Positions 1-8,169 of a stretch of DNA of 24,000 nt are shown here, in pieces. The position numbers and the translations under genes were made by a program. This DNA is from an uncultured archaeon (GTDB lineage Archaea; Asgardarchaeota; Lokiarchaeia; Sigyniarchaeales; SOKP01), in NCBI GenBank assembly GCA_964632315.1, contig CAZWEM010000041.1, positions 14,578 to 38,577 on the forward strand, read 5' to 3'. Each line of letters starts with the position of its first letter. The first letter of the stretch is position 1. Below the pieces are notes generated by a model. The model ran no database searches. It had not been told where the DNA came from and saw only the letters and a list, made by a program, of their open reading frames with translations.

Positions 1-1
1 A

Positions 2-178
2 GAAATTGTTGATCAATTCAAAACACGAATGAATTTAGTTGCTAAAAAAAAATTGAGGTTACAAGACGTTCCAAAATTGACCAGTTTAAGAGAAAAATCA
101 CATTACGATATTCTAAGAGAACGTTTATTTTTTCAATATATAACTGAATGGTTTTATGAAACGTATTTTGAAAAATAA
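2..178 (+). CDS. 3' end of an unidentified ORF entering from upstream of the window (58 codons plus TAA)
   Basis: Frame 2 is open from base 2 to TAA at 176-178. Hand translation: EIVDQFKTRMNLVAKKKLRLQDVPKLTSLREKSHYDILRERLFFQYITEWFYETYFEK. No recognisable motif. It is missing from the supplied ORF track because it has no in-window start. Confidence 0.3.
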   Translation, partial: EIVDQFKTRMNLVAKKKLRLQDVPKLTSLREKSHYDILRERLFFQYITEWFYETYFEK

Positions 179-193
179 AAAAATTTGATATAT

Positions 194-643
194 TTAATTA
201 GTTGAATTATCTGTTTTTCTAATTCTTTGCTCTAAGTAAGGTGTGAGAAGGATTGAAATAGAATAACCAATTCCTCCACCAAGTGCACCCATTAGAAGTC
301 CTATAATTAAGATCAAAAGGAAAATTAACCATCCAAAACCGCTTCCTACCATTAATTCTCCAATTTGTTCAAGAATCGTGTAGGTGTTTCTCAATGCAAG
401 TGAAGAAATCATATAAATCAACCAAGAAATGGTAACCCCAGTTAAGCCACTTAAAACCGCATAACGTAATCGTTTATTAAAGAATCCTGCAACAATGCCA
501 GGAATCACGATCAATTGCCAAACCGGAATCAACGTTAAGAGCATGGTTAAGCACAGGGCACCAATAGTGGTATAAATAAAGTACTTGTATGTTTTTTCTA
601 TTTTAAACACCTCATCTTGGTAAAAAATATATTGTAGATTCAA
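194..643 (-). CDS. small polytopic membrane protein (about 4 TM segments), unknown function
   Basis: 149-aa ORF with four long hydrophobic stretches and G-rich helices (GALGGGIGY). It lies immediately downstream of the acylase gene on the same strand. The ATG at 643 overlaps the acylase 3' end by 32 nt. An alternative GTG at 610 sits 1 nt after the acylase TGA (612-614). Confidence 0.55.
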   Translation of the reverse strand: MNLQYIFYQDEVFKIEKTYKYFIYTTIGALCLTMLLTLIPVWQLIVIPGIVAGFFNKRLRYAVLSGLTGVTISWLIYMISSLALRNTYTILEQIGELMVGSGFGWLIFLLILIIGLLMGALGGGIGYSISILLTPYLEQRIRKTDNSTN

Positions 644-3173
644 TAGAATTCGTGGGAAAGTTCACTGGAGTATTAGAATAATACTGGAAATGATATTTTC
701 CTTGTAAGAAAAGTTGTTCCAATTGATCAGAATAATGTTTAGAATTGCTTAATCCTCGTTCTCCAGAAGGAATTACGCTTAATGACCTATTTAAATTGCT
801 GAAATCCAGAATCATTCGCTCTGAGGCCCCATGTTGCGCGTATCTTATATGTTGCGCGTCCCTTATATTTGCTCCAGCGGGATTGATAGTAAACCCCTCT
901 CCATTTCCGGGATATGGTCCTTTACTTAGAGGAGCTAGTCCAGTTAAATGTGGAAAGTAGATTTTATGTATGATTCCCCATTTCCAAGATGAAGGATCAC
1001 CAGAGTGATAAAATCCTGTTAACCAGTTTATAGTTGCATTCAGTGCCAATAACATGGTCTCATTCCGAGTTTCGATTCCTACTGTAGATACATTGTCGAA
1101 CCAATGCGAACCTTCGTCCTCTTTCATTAATTTTTCCAGCACAACAACCTGTGGTGCTCCAGTAGCATTATATTTCGTAAATTCATCATTAAACGTAAAT
1201 TCCATGAAATAATCTCTCCATTTACGATATATTGTAGGGGCTACTAAGTCTTTTGACATGATGTACCCCCAGTCTTCTAATTCGCTTAAAACATCTGCAA
1301 TTTCAGGAGGGGGAGACGTCCCGTATTCATACTTTATAACATCAATAAGAGTTGGAATAAATGCTCGTGCTGCAGTAGAATTTATATCTGTTTGTATGAG
1401 CTTCATATCTTCAACACTGATATTTGTTGACTCATTAAGCAACTCATTAATTCTTCTCGCACGATAACCATCTGCATACTCACTTTGTAAATGATATTTT
1501 GTATAACCTGGTCCAGCTACAACTTGGTTTGCAGACGCTAAATAATGTTGACTCGGATTTAATGTACTTGGAAGCCCTGTCAAGATGTCAATATACCCAA
1601 TCCATTCTCCCTCCGCACTAGAACCATTAAATGGAAGCGTTCCATTTCCTGGTGAATTTAAGGCCCGAATAGGTACTTTTCCGGTTGGTCTAATTGCTAT
1701 GTTATTATCAGTATCGCCATAAACGATATTTTGTGCTAGGGTTGTCCAATATTGGGACGCATTATCAAAATCAGCTCTATTTTCGGCTCGACAAAATCCA
1801 TTAGCTGCAAGCAGGGTATAGAAGTAATTATTCGCTGTCCATTTTGAAGATATTATAATGTCTCCAAGAGTATCAGACAGTCCAAAATCTCCGATGACAT
1901 CACTCATAACGGGTCCTTGAACTGTTTGACGAACCGTGAAGTCGAGAGTTCCTTGACCTTTCACATTGATTTTATAGGTTCTATAGGTAAAATCCGTGGG
2001 GGTATTATTGTAAATATATTTATTATCACCGTCAGTATTGAAGTAATACCAATCTAGAACGTCATACCCTGTATTTGTAAATCCCCATCCTACAAACTGG
2101 TTATGTCCGACAGCAATAAGGGGTAAACCTGGTATTTGAAAACCATAAACATTAAATCCCGTGTCTTCAGCTACAAGCTGTTGCTCATACCAAATTCCAG
2201 GCATAGTCCAGCTTAAATGCATATCATTACATAGAATTGGGTATCCCGTACTGCTCTTTGCACCATCAATTACCCAATTATTCGACCCCTGTAATTCTCT
2301 TTCTTCTGTAAATTGTCGTTGATAATCTATTTTTTCGATAGCGTGAAGAAAGGAGGAAATTGCATTTGTGATTTCCGATTTTGAACTATCTTTTAATCCT
2401 GAACCCATAGGAATTTCTCCAAATGATCCATAATTAGGACAAATTGGAATTTGATAAGGAAGCGGTAATCCAAATGTTTCATTATAGTATGTTGGACCGA
2501 GTGCTTCTAAATTTATATATCGATACAAATCATTATAATTCCATGTTAGATCCATTGCCATTAACTGAACGATGCACATGGAATCTATAGTTGTCCATTC
2601 AGTAGGTTTAAATCCAATGAGATAATATTCCAAGGGCAATTGGTTTTGGTGAGTATCGATATAGTAATTTATACCGTCAACGTATCGTTCGATTTTAGGA
2701 ATTAAATTAATACTTCCATTAGATTGCATCTCCTGTAGTATATTAACGGTATTTATCGCCCAAGTTTCCATTCCAGTTGCTAGCATGAATTTATCAGTGG
2801 AAAGAAGATCTTTTCCTAAAATTTCAGATAACTTACCTCTTACTTGTCGTCTCAGCATATCCATTTGAAAGAGTCTATCTTGGGCATGACAATATCCTTG
2901 TGCAAAAAACATATCATCTTCATAATTTGCATAAATGTGTGGAACACCCCACTCATCCCTAATAACACTTACTTCATCTCGTAATCCTTCGATTTTAAGA
3001 CGCTCAGCAGAAGGAACCTCTCCCGGAACATTCCAAACGCCATTTCCAGGCATTAAAAGATTTCCAAGAGAAGGAAGGCCTAAGAAAGGAACTGAAAATA
3101 TTGTTAGTATTAAAACAGTTATTACAACAAATAATGATAAATCGATTAACCCTCTTTTATTTTCAGATTTCAT
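612..3173 (-). CDS. penicillin amidase / acyl-homoserine-lactone acylase family Ntn hydrolase (peptidase S45), N-terminal membrane anchor
   Basis: 853 aa. An N-terminal hydrophobic segment (LIDLSLFVVITVLILTIFSVPFLGL) is followed by family motifs WGVPHIYA, FFAQGYCHAQDRLFQMD and the autoprocessing/nucleophile site ELQG-SNNWVIDG (Ser codon at 2283-2285). Length and order match an alpha-spacer-beta precursor. Confidence 0.88.
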   Translation of the reverse strand: MKSENKRGLIDLSLFVVITVLILTIFSVPFLGLPSLGNLLMPGNGVWNVPGEVPSAERLKIEGLRDEVSVIRDEWGVPHIYANYEDDMFFAQGYCHAQDRLFQMDMLRRQVRGKLSEILGKDLLSTDKFMLATGMETWAINTVNILQEMQSNGSINLIPKIERYVDGINYYIDTHQNQLPLEYYLIGFKPTEWTTIDSMCIVQLMAMDLTWNYNDLYRYINLEALGPTYYNETFGLPLPYQIPICPNYGSFGEIPMGSGLKDSSKSEITNAISSFLHAIEKIDYQRQFTEERELQGSNNWVIDGAKSSTGYPILCNDMHLSWTMPGIWYEQQLVAEDTGFNVYGFQIPGLPLIAVGHNQFVGWGFTNTGYDVLDWYYFNTDGDNKYIYNNTPTDFTYRTYKINVKGQGTLDFTVRQTVQGPVMSDVIGDFGLSDTLGDIIISSKWTANNYFYTLLAANGFCRAENRADFDNASQYWTTLAQNIVYGDTDNNIAIRPTGKVPIRALNSPGNGTLPFNGSSAEGEWIGYIDILTGLPSTLNPSQHYLASANQVVAGPGYTKYHLQSEYADGYRARRINELLNESTNISVEDMKLIQTDINSTAARAFIPTLIDVIKYEYGTSPPPEIADVLSELEDWGYIMSKDLVAPTIYRKWRDYFMEFTFNDEFTKYNATGAPQVVVLEKLMKEDEGSHWFDNVSTVGIETRNETMLLALNATINWLTGFYHSGDPSSWKWGIIHKIYFPHLTGLAPLSKGPYPGNGEGFTINPAGANIRDAQHIRYAQHGASERMILDFSNLNRSLSVIPSGERGLSNSKHYSDQLEQLFLQGKYHFQYYSNTPVNFPTNSIESTIYFLPR

Positions 3174-3353
3174 AATTATGAAGCCTATTTTTATAAAATT
3201 AAGTTAATATTAAATTGGTTAGTCATAATATATAAACTAATCATTTAAAAAAGTAAAAATAAGGTAATTTTAAAAGAATCTTACCCAACAAAATAATTAT
3301 AAATACTTTGAGAAGAATATATTTACATTAGTTATTATCAAAGGTGAATAATA

Positions 3354-4076
3354 TTGTTAAGTCTAATTGGTTGGTTAGATGGTATATCTGCTACAGGTGT
3401 ACTAACTACAAATCTCATTATTGGGATATACTCACTGTATAAATCAAGGAAATTAAAAGCTAAGCTACTTACTGTAACTTCTTTAACAATATTCTTTATT
3501 GGATTGCTTTGGTTAGGTCCAACAACTGATTTTTTAAAAATCCTCATTACAGGAACAAATATTGAGTCTGTATGGTTTTATCCTGTAAGCGTACCTGTAA
3601 TATATCCGATTTTGAGCTATATGTGGGCTGCTCCAGGTATATTTTTTGGAATGTATATTGGAGGAGAATTAATTATGCCTAGGAAAAAATGGTATCTTCT
3701 AACTGTTTTTCTTATTATCTGCATTGCATACGAATTTTTCCTTTTCATAAATCCACAGGGTTCCTTTACATATACTGTTCCTCCTCCTGGTTCAGACATA
3801 ATTGATACATCTAGTGATTATTCCTACTATACTGCATTCTTTTTAATCGGATTTATTTTATCTATCATTTTATTCAATGGTATTGGTTTTTTAGTTAAAG
3901 CTTTCAAAGCAACAGGAGTAATAAAGAAGAAGTTTTTTGCTCTCGCTTTTGGTTTCATCTTATTTGCTATTATTGTAACTTTTGATGCATTAATACCTCC
4001 AGGTATTTTTTTATCAATTGTTAGATTTGGAATAATATTGAGTAGCATCCTATTATATATAGGAATTAAAACCTAA
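3354..4076 (+). CDS. polytopic membrane protein (about 7 TM), unknown function
   Basis: 240-aa ORF, almost entirely hydrophobic helices. TTG start at 3354 is preceded by AGGTGA (3342-3347) at 6-nt spacing. Divergent from the acylase gene. Confidence 0.6.
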   Translation: MLSLIGWLDGISATGVLTTNLIIGIYSLYKSRKLKAKLLTVTSLTIFFIGLLWLGPTTDFLKILITGTNIESVWFYPVSVPVIYPILSYMWAAPGIFFGMYIGGELIMPRKKWYLLTVFLIICIAYEFFLFINPQGSFTYTVPPPGSDIIDTSSDYSYYTAFFLIGFILSIILFNGIGFLVKAFKATGVIKKKFFALAFGFILFAIIVTFDALIPPGIFLSIVRFGIILSSILLYIGIKT

Positions 4077-4107
4077 GAAGAATTTTTAAAAAAATATTTT
4101 ATTTTTA
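4077..4107. terminator. candidate bidirectional oligo-T terminator between convergent genes
   Basis: The 31-nt gap contains T5 (4083-4087), T4 (4097-4100) and T5 (4102-4106) on the plus strand. An A7 run (4088-4094) reads as T7 on the minus strand. Oligo-T tracts are the usual archaeal intrinsic termination signal. Confidence 0.35.
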
Positions 4108-5580
4108 TTATATTCTTAACTCTTGAATGTAATCAAAAATCGTATCAATTCTATTTTTAATTTGCCCAAATAAACCCTCTTCCTCAGATATTACCGAGTT
4201 AATTGCGGTTTTTAATCCATAATGACCCTCTGATACTAAAACTCTAATAGGCAAGGTTAATATCTCACTTAGTAACATTAACATTTCTTGTATAATTTTG
4301 ATGATTTTTGGTATCTGTTCCTCTGTTTGATCTCTCATTGTTTGATCTGACGATATCAAACCATTCTCCCGTTCCTTCCTTAGCTCTTCCCAGACATTTT
4401 CTTTAAGAGAAGCAAAATCTATACCCAAATTTTCTAACGCTAATTGAGCTCCTTCGAATAAGAATTCAATATCTTGCTTTCCAGAAAATGCTTTTATGTT
4501 TTCAATCATCTCCGAAGGAGCTAATCCTTCAAGAAACGCTACTAATAGATTATGATAGTCATTTATAACATCAATGGGGATGAAAAGAAAAGTAAACTCT
4601 TTGAATTGCTTAAATAAATATCCTGCAATTTTAGCGAATGTCTCATTTTCAAATATTTTTTCAACAAATCCTCCGTATTCATTTAAGAGATGTATGAATA
4701 GGAATCCAATAATTCTAATCATATCGTCTTCGTAGTTTTTAAAATAATCGAAGAATCTTTCTGGTTCCATATTAAGTTTTTCCCTAATGAGCTCTGCTGT
4801 CTTTTGTTTAACTCCCTCGAGTGGTTCATCTAAAAGTTCTTCAATTTTATCCAAAGAGAGAATTTCTTGAATTTTTTCAATAAAATCAGATTCTGTTTCG
4901 ATCTCTACATCTTCATCAACTTCATCAATAACAACATTAGAATTCAATTTATCCTGTAATTTTTCGGAAGTTAATTCTCTCCATTCTATCTTATCATAGA
5001 TCTTACACGTCAATTGTAAGCATTCCTCTCCTCTCGCCATACACTTTTGCTCTATAATACGAATCCTATATTCATTTTTCTTCACTTTTAAAATATAATT
5101 TGCCACACTTTCAAGCATACCAGCTAGTCCACATGCCAAGCCCTCTGTTTCTTTATTCACGATTTTGTCGAATCCAAATGTATCCATCTCATCATTTCCA
5201 TAATCAGCACAAATGGGACATCTTTTAATTTTTAAAAGATAATCATTATACTTCGAATCTTTTTTTTCAATTATTTCATAGCTTAGATCCTCTTCTGAGA
5301 GTTCTTTCCCAAATACCACAACCCATAATAATTCAAAGTATTCAAGAACTTTTTTCGGGTTTCCTGGCATAAATCGAAAAATTGTGGTGTGTCGATCACA
5401 TGACTCAAAAGTAGCACGTTTTCCTATCTCCCTTAAAATTAGTAGGGAGTCTTCTTCATTTTCTGTAATCTCATGTATTTCTTTCAAGATTTCACGATAG
5501 AGGAGGGTATAGAATAATGAATTGGTGCTCCTTCCAAAAATTTTAGTTATTTTTTTTAGTAACCATTGGACGGTTCCCAT
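4108..5580 (-). CDS. V4R-domain protein with acidic linker and about 250-aa C-terminal helical domain of unknown function
   Basis: V4R-like cysteine/glycine pattern: CPICADYG...GLACGLAGMLESVANYI...IIEQKCMARGEECLQLTCKIY. An acidic linker (VVIDEVDEDVEIETESDF) and an unassigned helical region follow. I moved the start from 5676 to the ATG at 5580 (MGTVQWLL). GGAGG at 5589-5593 lies 8 nt upstream, and the upstream gene's TAA (5582-5584) is 1 nt away. Confidence 0.7.
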   Translation of the reverse strand: MGTVQWLLKKITKIFGRSTNSLFYTLLYREILKEIHEITENEEDSLLILREIGKRATFESCDRHTTIFRFMPGNPKKVLEYFELLWVVVFGKELSEEDLSYEIIEKKDSKYNDYLLKIKRCPICADYGNDEMDTFGFDKIVNKETEGLACGLAGMLESVANYILKVKKNEYRIRIIEQKCMARGEECLQLTCKIYDKIEWRELTSEKLQDKLNSNVVIDEVDEDVEIETESDFIEKIQEILSLDKIEELLDEPLEGVKQKTAELIREKLNMEPERFFDYFKNYEDDMIRIIGFLFIHLLNEYGGFVEKIFENETFAKIAGYLFKQFKEFTFLFIPIDVINDYHNLLVAFLEGLAPSEMIENIKAFSGKQDIEFLFEGAQLALENLGIDFASLKENVWEELRKERENGLISSDQTMRDQTEEQIPKIIKIIQEMLMLLSEILTLPIRVLVSEGHYGLKTAINSVISEEEGLFGQIKNRIDTIFDYIQELRI

Positions 5581-5581
5581 A

Positions 5582-6079
5582 TTATTTTCCTCCTGTATAA
5601 ATGTATACATGTCTACAAGAATTATGACCAAAGACTTTTGATTCATTGATATCTTGCATTTCAATCTTAAATCCATTTTGTCTTGAATTAATTATGTTTA
5701 TAAATTCAACTACCATACTACCAATTATCTCACAACCAGCAACATTTATATCTGAAAAATGGTATTTACATAGCGCACAATCATTATCTTGAATAGATAT
5801 CCTTTTGTTTACTTCGTCAACTTCAATTGAAATATTGCTATTTAATACGTTTCTATAAATCGTTGCCAAGACGTCCTTAATATTGGTAAAAGTAACTTTT
5901 TCGATTGGCCTCCAAGTATTTAGGTATGTATGAGCAATGTTTTTCCCCATTCTTCTAAGTCTACTTCTCACTTCGGTGATGTTGTTCCTTTTCATAAATC
6001 GTTGGAGATGATAAATTGCATTTCTCAACTGATTCATAGTCGCATTCGTTTGCACCAAATCAGCTCTTGAATAATTCAT
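5582..6079 (-). CDS. small V4R-domain protein
   Basis: 165 aa. The C-terminal half has CALCKYHF...NVAGCEIIGSMVVEFINII...ESKVFGHNSCRHVYI, which fits the V4R pattern C-x2-C ... C-x3-G ... E ... C. The size matches stand-alone archaeal V4R proteins. It is translationally coupled to the next gene. Confidence 0.55.
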   Translation of the reverse strand: MNYSRADLVQTNATMNQLRNAIYHLQRFMKRNNITEVRSRLRRMGKNIAHTYLNTWRPIEKVTFTNIKDVLATIYRNVLNSNISIEVDEVNKRISIQDNDCALCKYHFSDINVAGCEIIGSMVVEFINIINSRQNGFKIEMQDINESKVFGHNSCRHVYIYTGGK

Positions 6080-6355
6080 ATCTTATCCGGCTAGAAAATT
6101 GATTAATTATTTTTGATAAATTTTTGAATAATATTAAAGTTTTTAATCCAATTAATGGATGATAAGTATGAATTTCAAGGTACTTTTAAATTATTATATC
6201 AAATTTATACCTTAAACGACTGGTCCAAATAAATTATTTAAAATAAAAATTTCTAGAAGATTTTGAATAATTTTTAATAATTGAAACTAATATAAATAAA
6301 AAAATATTAATCTCTTCATTAATTTTAAGCAATATAAGATTTAATGGTAATTTAA
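6080..6355. promoter_or_regulatory. 276-bp AT-rich divergent intergenic region (promoters for the V4R operon and thioredoxin)
   Basis: Longest non-coding stretch in the window, lying between divergently oriented genes. It holds many TATA-like motifs (tataaataa about 6291, atataagat about 6333, roughly 23 nt before the trx ATG). No individual box can be singled out in sequence this AT-rich. Confidence 0.35.
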
Positions 6356-6712
6356 ATGATAAATATCGAAGAATTAAAAGATTATGGTTTAGAAATAACC
6401 GATGAAATGAAGAAGGGAAAGGTCATTATAGATGTATATACCACCTGGTGCGGTCCTTGCAAATGGCTTAGTCCAATCCTCGAAAAATTGGAGAAAGAAG
6501 GATTATTTAAATTGTTAAAAGTTGATTTAGATCAAAATCGCCCGTTAGGAAGTAGATTTGGCATAACAGCAATTCCAACTCTGTTATTTTTTAATGAAGG
6601 ACATCTTTTAGAAAATACAATTGAAGTTCAGGGACAACCATTTGTTCGAAATGGTTTAATGGTGGGAGCTGCTGGAGAGCCTGTTCTCAAAGAGATTGTT
6701 TCGAAGATGTAG
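6356..6712 (+). CDS. trxA: thioredoxin
   Basis: 118 aa with the canonical WCGPC active site, followed by the cis-Pro region ITAIPTLLFF. Typical thioredoxin-fold length. Confidence 0.9.
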   Translation: MINIEELKDYGLEITDEMKKGKVIIDVYTTWCGPCKWLSPILEKLEKEGLFKLLKVDLDQNRPLGSRFGITAIPTLLFFNEGHLLENTIEVQGQPFVRNGLMVGAAGEPVLKEIVSKM

Positions 6713-6804
6713 TATTTTTTCTTCTTAATTTATATATCTTTATTAAATATCATTGAAAAGAAATAATTTTAAAATTTAATGAAAGTTATATTAATATAAT
6801 TTTA

Positions 6805-7329
6805 ATGCTAAAGGATAATATACAAATGGCAACAATAGATTTTGATTTTAGAAACCAAATTATCCAATCAGATATCGGTAGTACATTAGCTTATTGTTAC
6901 CAATGTGCTACATGTAGTGGAGCTTGTCCCGTTGCACAAGTCACCAATGGGCGTTATAATCCAAGAAGATTAATATTGGATGCCTTACTCGGGTTAAAAG
7001 AAAAGATTTTTGGTATAGAAAATTCATTTTCAATATGGGGTTGCACTGTTTGTGATACTTGCGATGAAGTTTGCCCACAGAAAGTAGAACTGACAGAAAT
7101 ATTCACCATTTTAAAGAATTTAAGTGTAGAAAAAGGTGAAGCTCCCGACTATTATACCACCCAAGCATCCACAATTCTCGAAAATGCAAAAGCTATTCCA
7201 ATGCAACCTGCAATAGAGAGACGTCGGGAACAATTAGGATTACCCAAGGTATTATCTCCAAATGTAAATGAAGTGAAGAAATTACTAGAGATAACTAAAT
7301 TACCAGAAAAATTAGTTAAAGAAGAATAG
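6805..7329 (+). CDS. HdrC-like iron-sulfur protein (two CxxCxxCxxxCP motifs)
   Basis: CYQCATCSGACP and CTVCDTCDEVCP are separated by a YNPRRLI...W spacer, as in heterodisulfide reductase subunit C and related ferredoxin domains. An alternative start at the Met8 ATG (6826) is possible. No HdrB (CCG-domain) or HdrA gene is adjacent. Confidence 0.7.
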   Translation: MLKDNIQMATIDFDFRNQIIQSDIGSTLAYCYQCATCSGACPVAQVTNGRYNPRRLILDALLGLKEKIFGIENSFSIWGCTVCDTCDEVCPQKVELTEIFTILKNLSVEKGEAPDYYTTQASTILENAKAIPMQPAIERRREQLGLPKVLSPNVNEVKKLLEITKLPEKLVKEE

Positions 7330-7400
7330 TTCTTTTTATTATTCTTTTAAACCGTATCGTACATAAATTGAATACTTATTCTAAATCGGAGTGAAAAATT

Positions 7401-8168
7401 GTGAGAAAACCTATTATTGGAGGGAACTGGAAAATGCATCTAGGAACTCCTAATGAAGCAATATCTCTTATAAAAAGCCTAAAATCTTTAATAAAAGGGA
7501 TTAAAAATGTTGATATTGTAATTGCGCCACCTTTCACTGTTTTGGAGTCTGTTGTGAGAGAATTAAAGAAAACTGACATAAGCGTTTCAGCTCAAAATAT
7601 GTATTTTGAGGATAAAGGCGCTTTTACAGGTGAAATTTCGCCATTATTTCTAAAAAGTATGGGTGTAAAATATGTTATATTGGGGCATAGTGAAAGGAGG
7701 CAGATTTTTGGTGAAACTGATGATCTAATTAATAAAAAAATTAAAAAAGCCTTAAAGGAAAGTTTAATTCCCATAGTTTGCATTGGAGAGAATTTAAATG
7801 CTAGGGAGGCGGGAAAAACAAAAGAGATTATTCGAAACCAAATGAATTTTACTTTTCAAGATTTAATTGGTCAAGATATGATCAAAATCATCATCGCATA
7901 TGAGCCAATATGGGCAATCGGTACTGGAAAAACAGCTACACCAAAACAAGCTGAGGAAATTCACATCTTTATTCGTGATATTCTAAAGGAAAAATATGGA
8001 GAAAATGTTGCTGATGAAATTCGAATACAATATGGGGGATCTATTAAACCAAATAATGCAAAATCGTTATTTTCAAGAGAGAACATTGATGGAGGATTGG
8101 TAGGAGGAGCATCTTTAAACTCAGAATCATTTTATGAAATTATCGAAGCTGCAGAAAAAAATACGTGA
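7401..8168 (+). CDS. tpiA: triosephosphate isomerase, bacterial/eukaryotic long type
   Basis: 255 aa with IIGGNWKMH (catalytic Lys), LGHSERR (His) and AYEPIWAIGTGKTATP (Glu plus loop 6). GTG start at 7401 is preceded by GGAGTGA (7388-7394) at 6-nt spacing. Confidence 0.93.
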   Translation: MRKPIIGGNWKMHLGTPNEAISLIKSLKSLIKGIKNVDIVIAPPFTVLESVVRELKKTDISVSAQNMYFEDKGAFTGEISPLFLKSMGVKYVILGHSERRQIFGETDDLINKKIKKALKESLIPIVCIGENLNAREAGKTKEIIRNQMNFTFQDLIGQDMIKIIIAYEPIWAIGTGKTATPKQAEEIHIFIRDILKEKYGENVADEIRIQYGGSIKPNNAKSLFSRENIDGGLVGGASLNSESFYEIIEAAEKNT

Positions 8169-8169
8169 T

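Noticed and set aside
745-3207. Plus-strand ORFs 745-960, 1258-1467 and 2935-3207
   Set aside because: All are antisense to the well-supported acylase gene and have no motifs. They are shadow ORFs.
3222-3243. Short inverted repeat TTAGT-N12-ACTAA in the acylase/membrane-protein divergent spacer, as a possible operator
   Set aside because: It is only 5 bp per arm in extremely AT-rich sequence. That is expected by chance, and there is no second copy elsewhere in the window.
3338-4048. Minus-strand ORFs 3338-3547, 3617-3799 and 3827-4048
   Set aside because: They are antisense to the 240-aa membrane protein gene, which has a good SD-like motif and consistent TM periodicity. They are short and compositionally biased.
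5581-5676. 32-codon N-terminal extension of the large V4R ORF overlapping the upstream gene
   Set aside because: An internal ATG at 5580 has a GGAGG 8 nt upstream and lies 1 nt after the upstream stop, a textbook coupled start. The extension would require a 95-nt gene overlap.
7376-7783. Minus-strand ORFs 7376-7579 and 7592-7783
   Set aside because: They are antisense to tpiA, whose identity is unambiguous.
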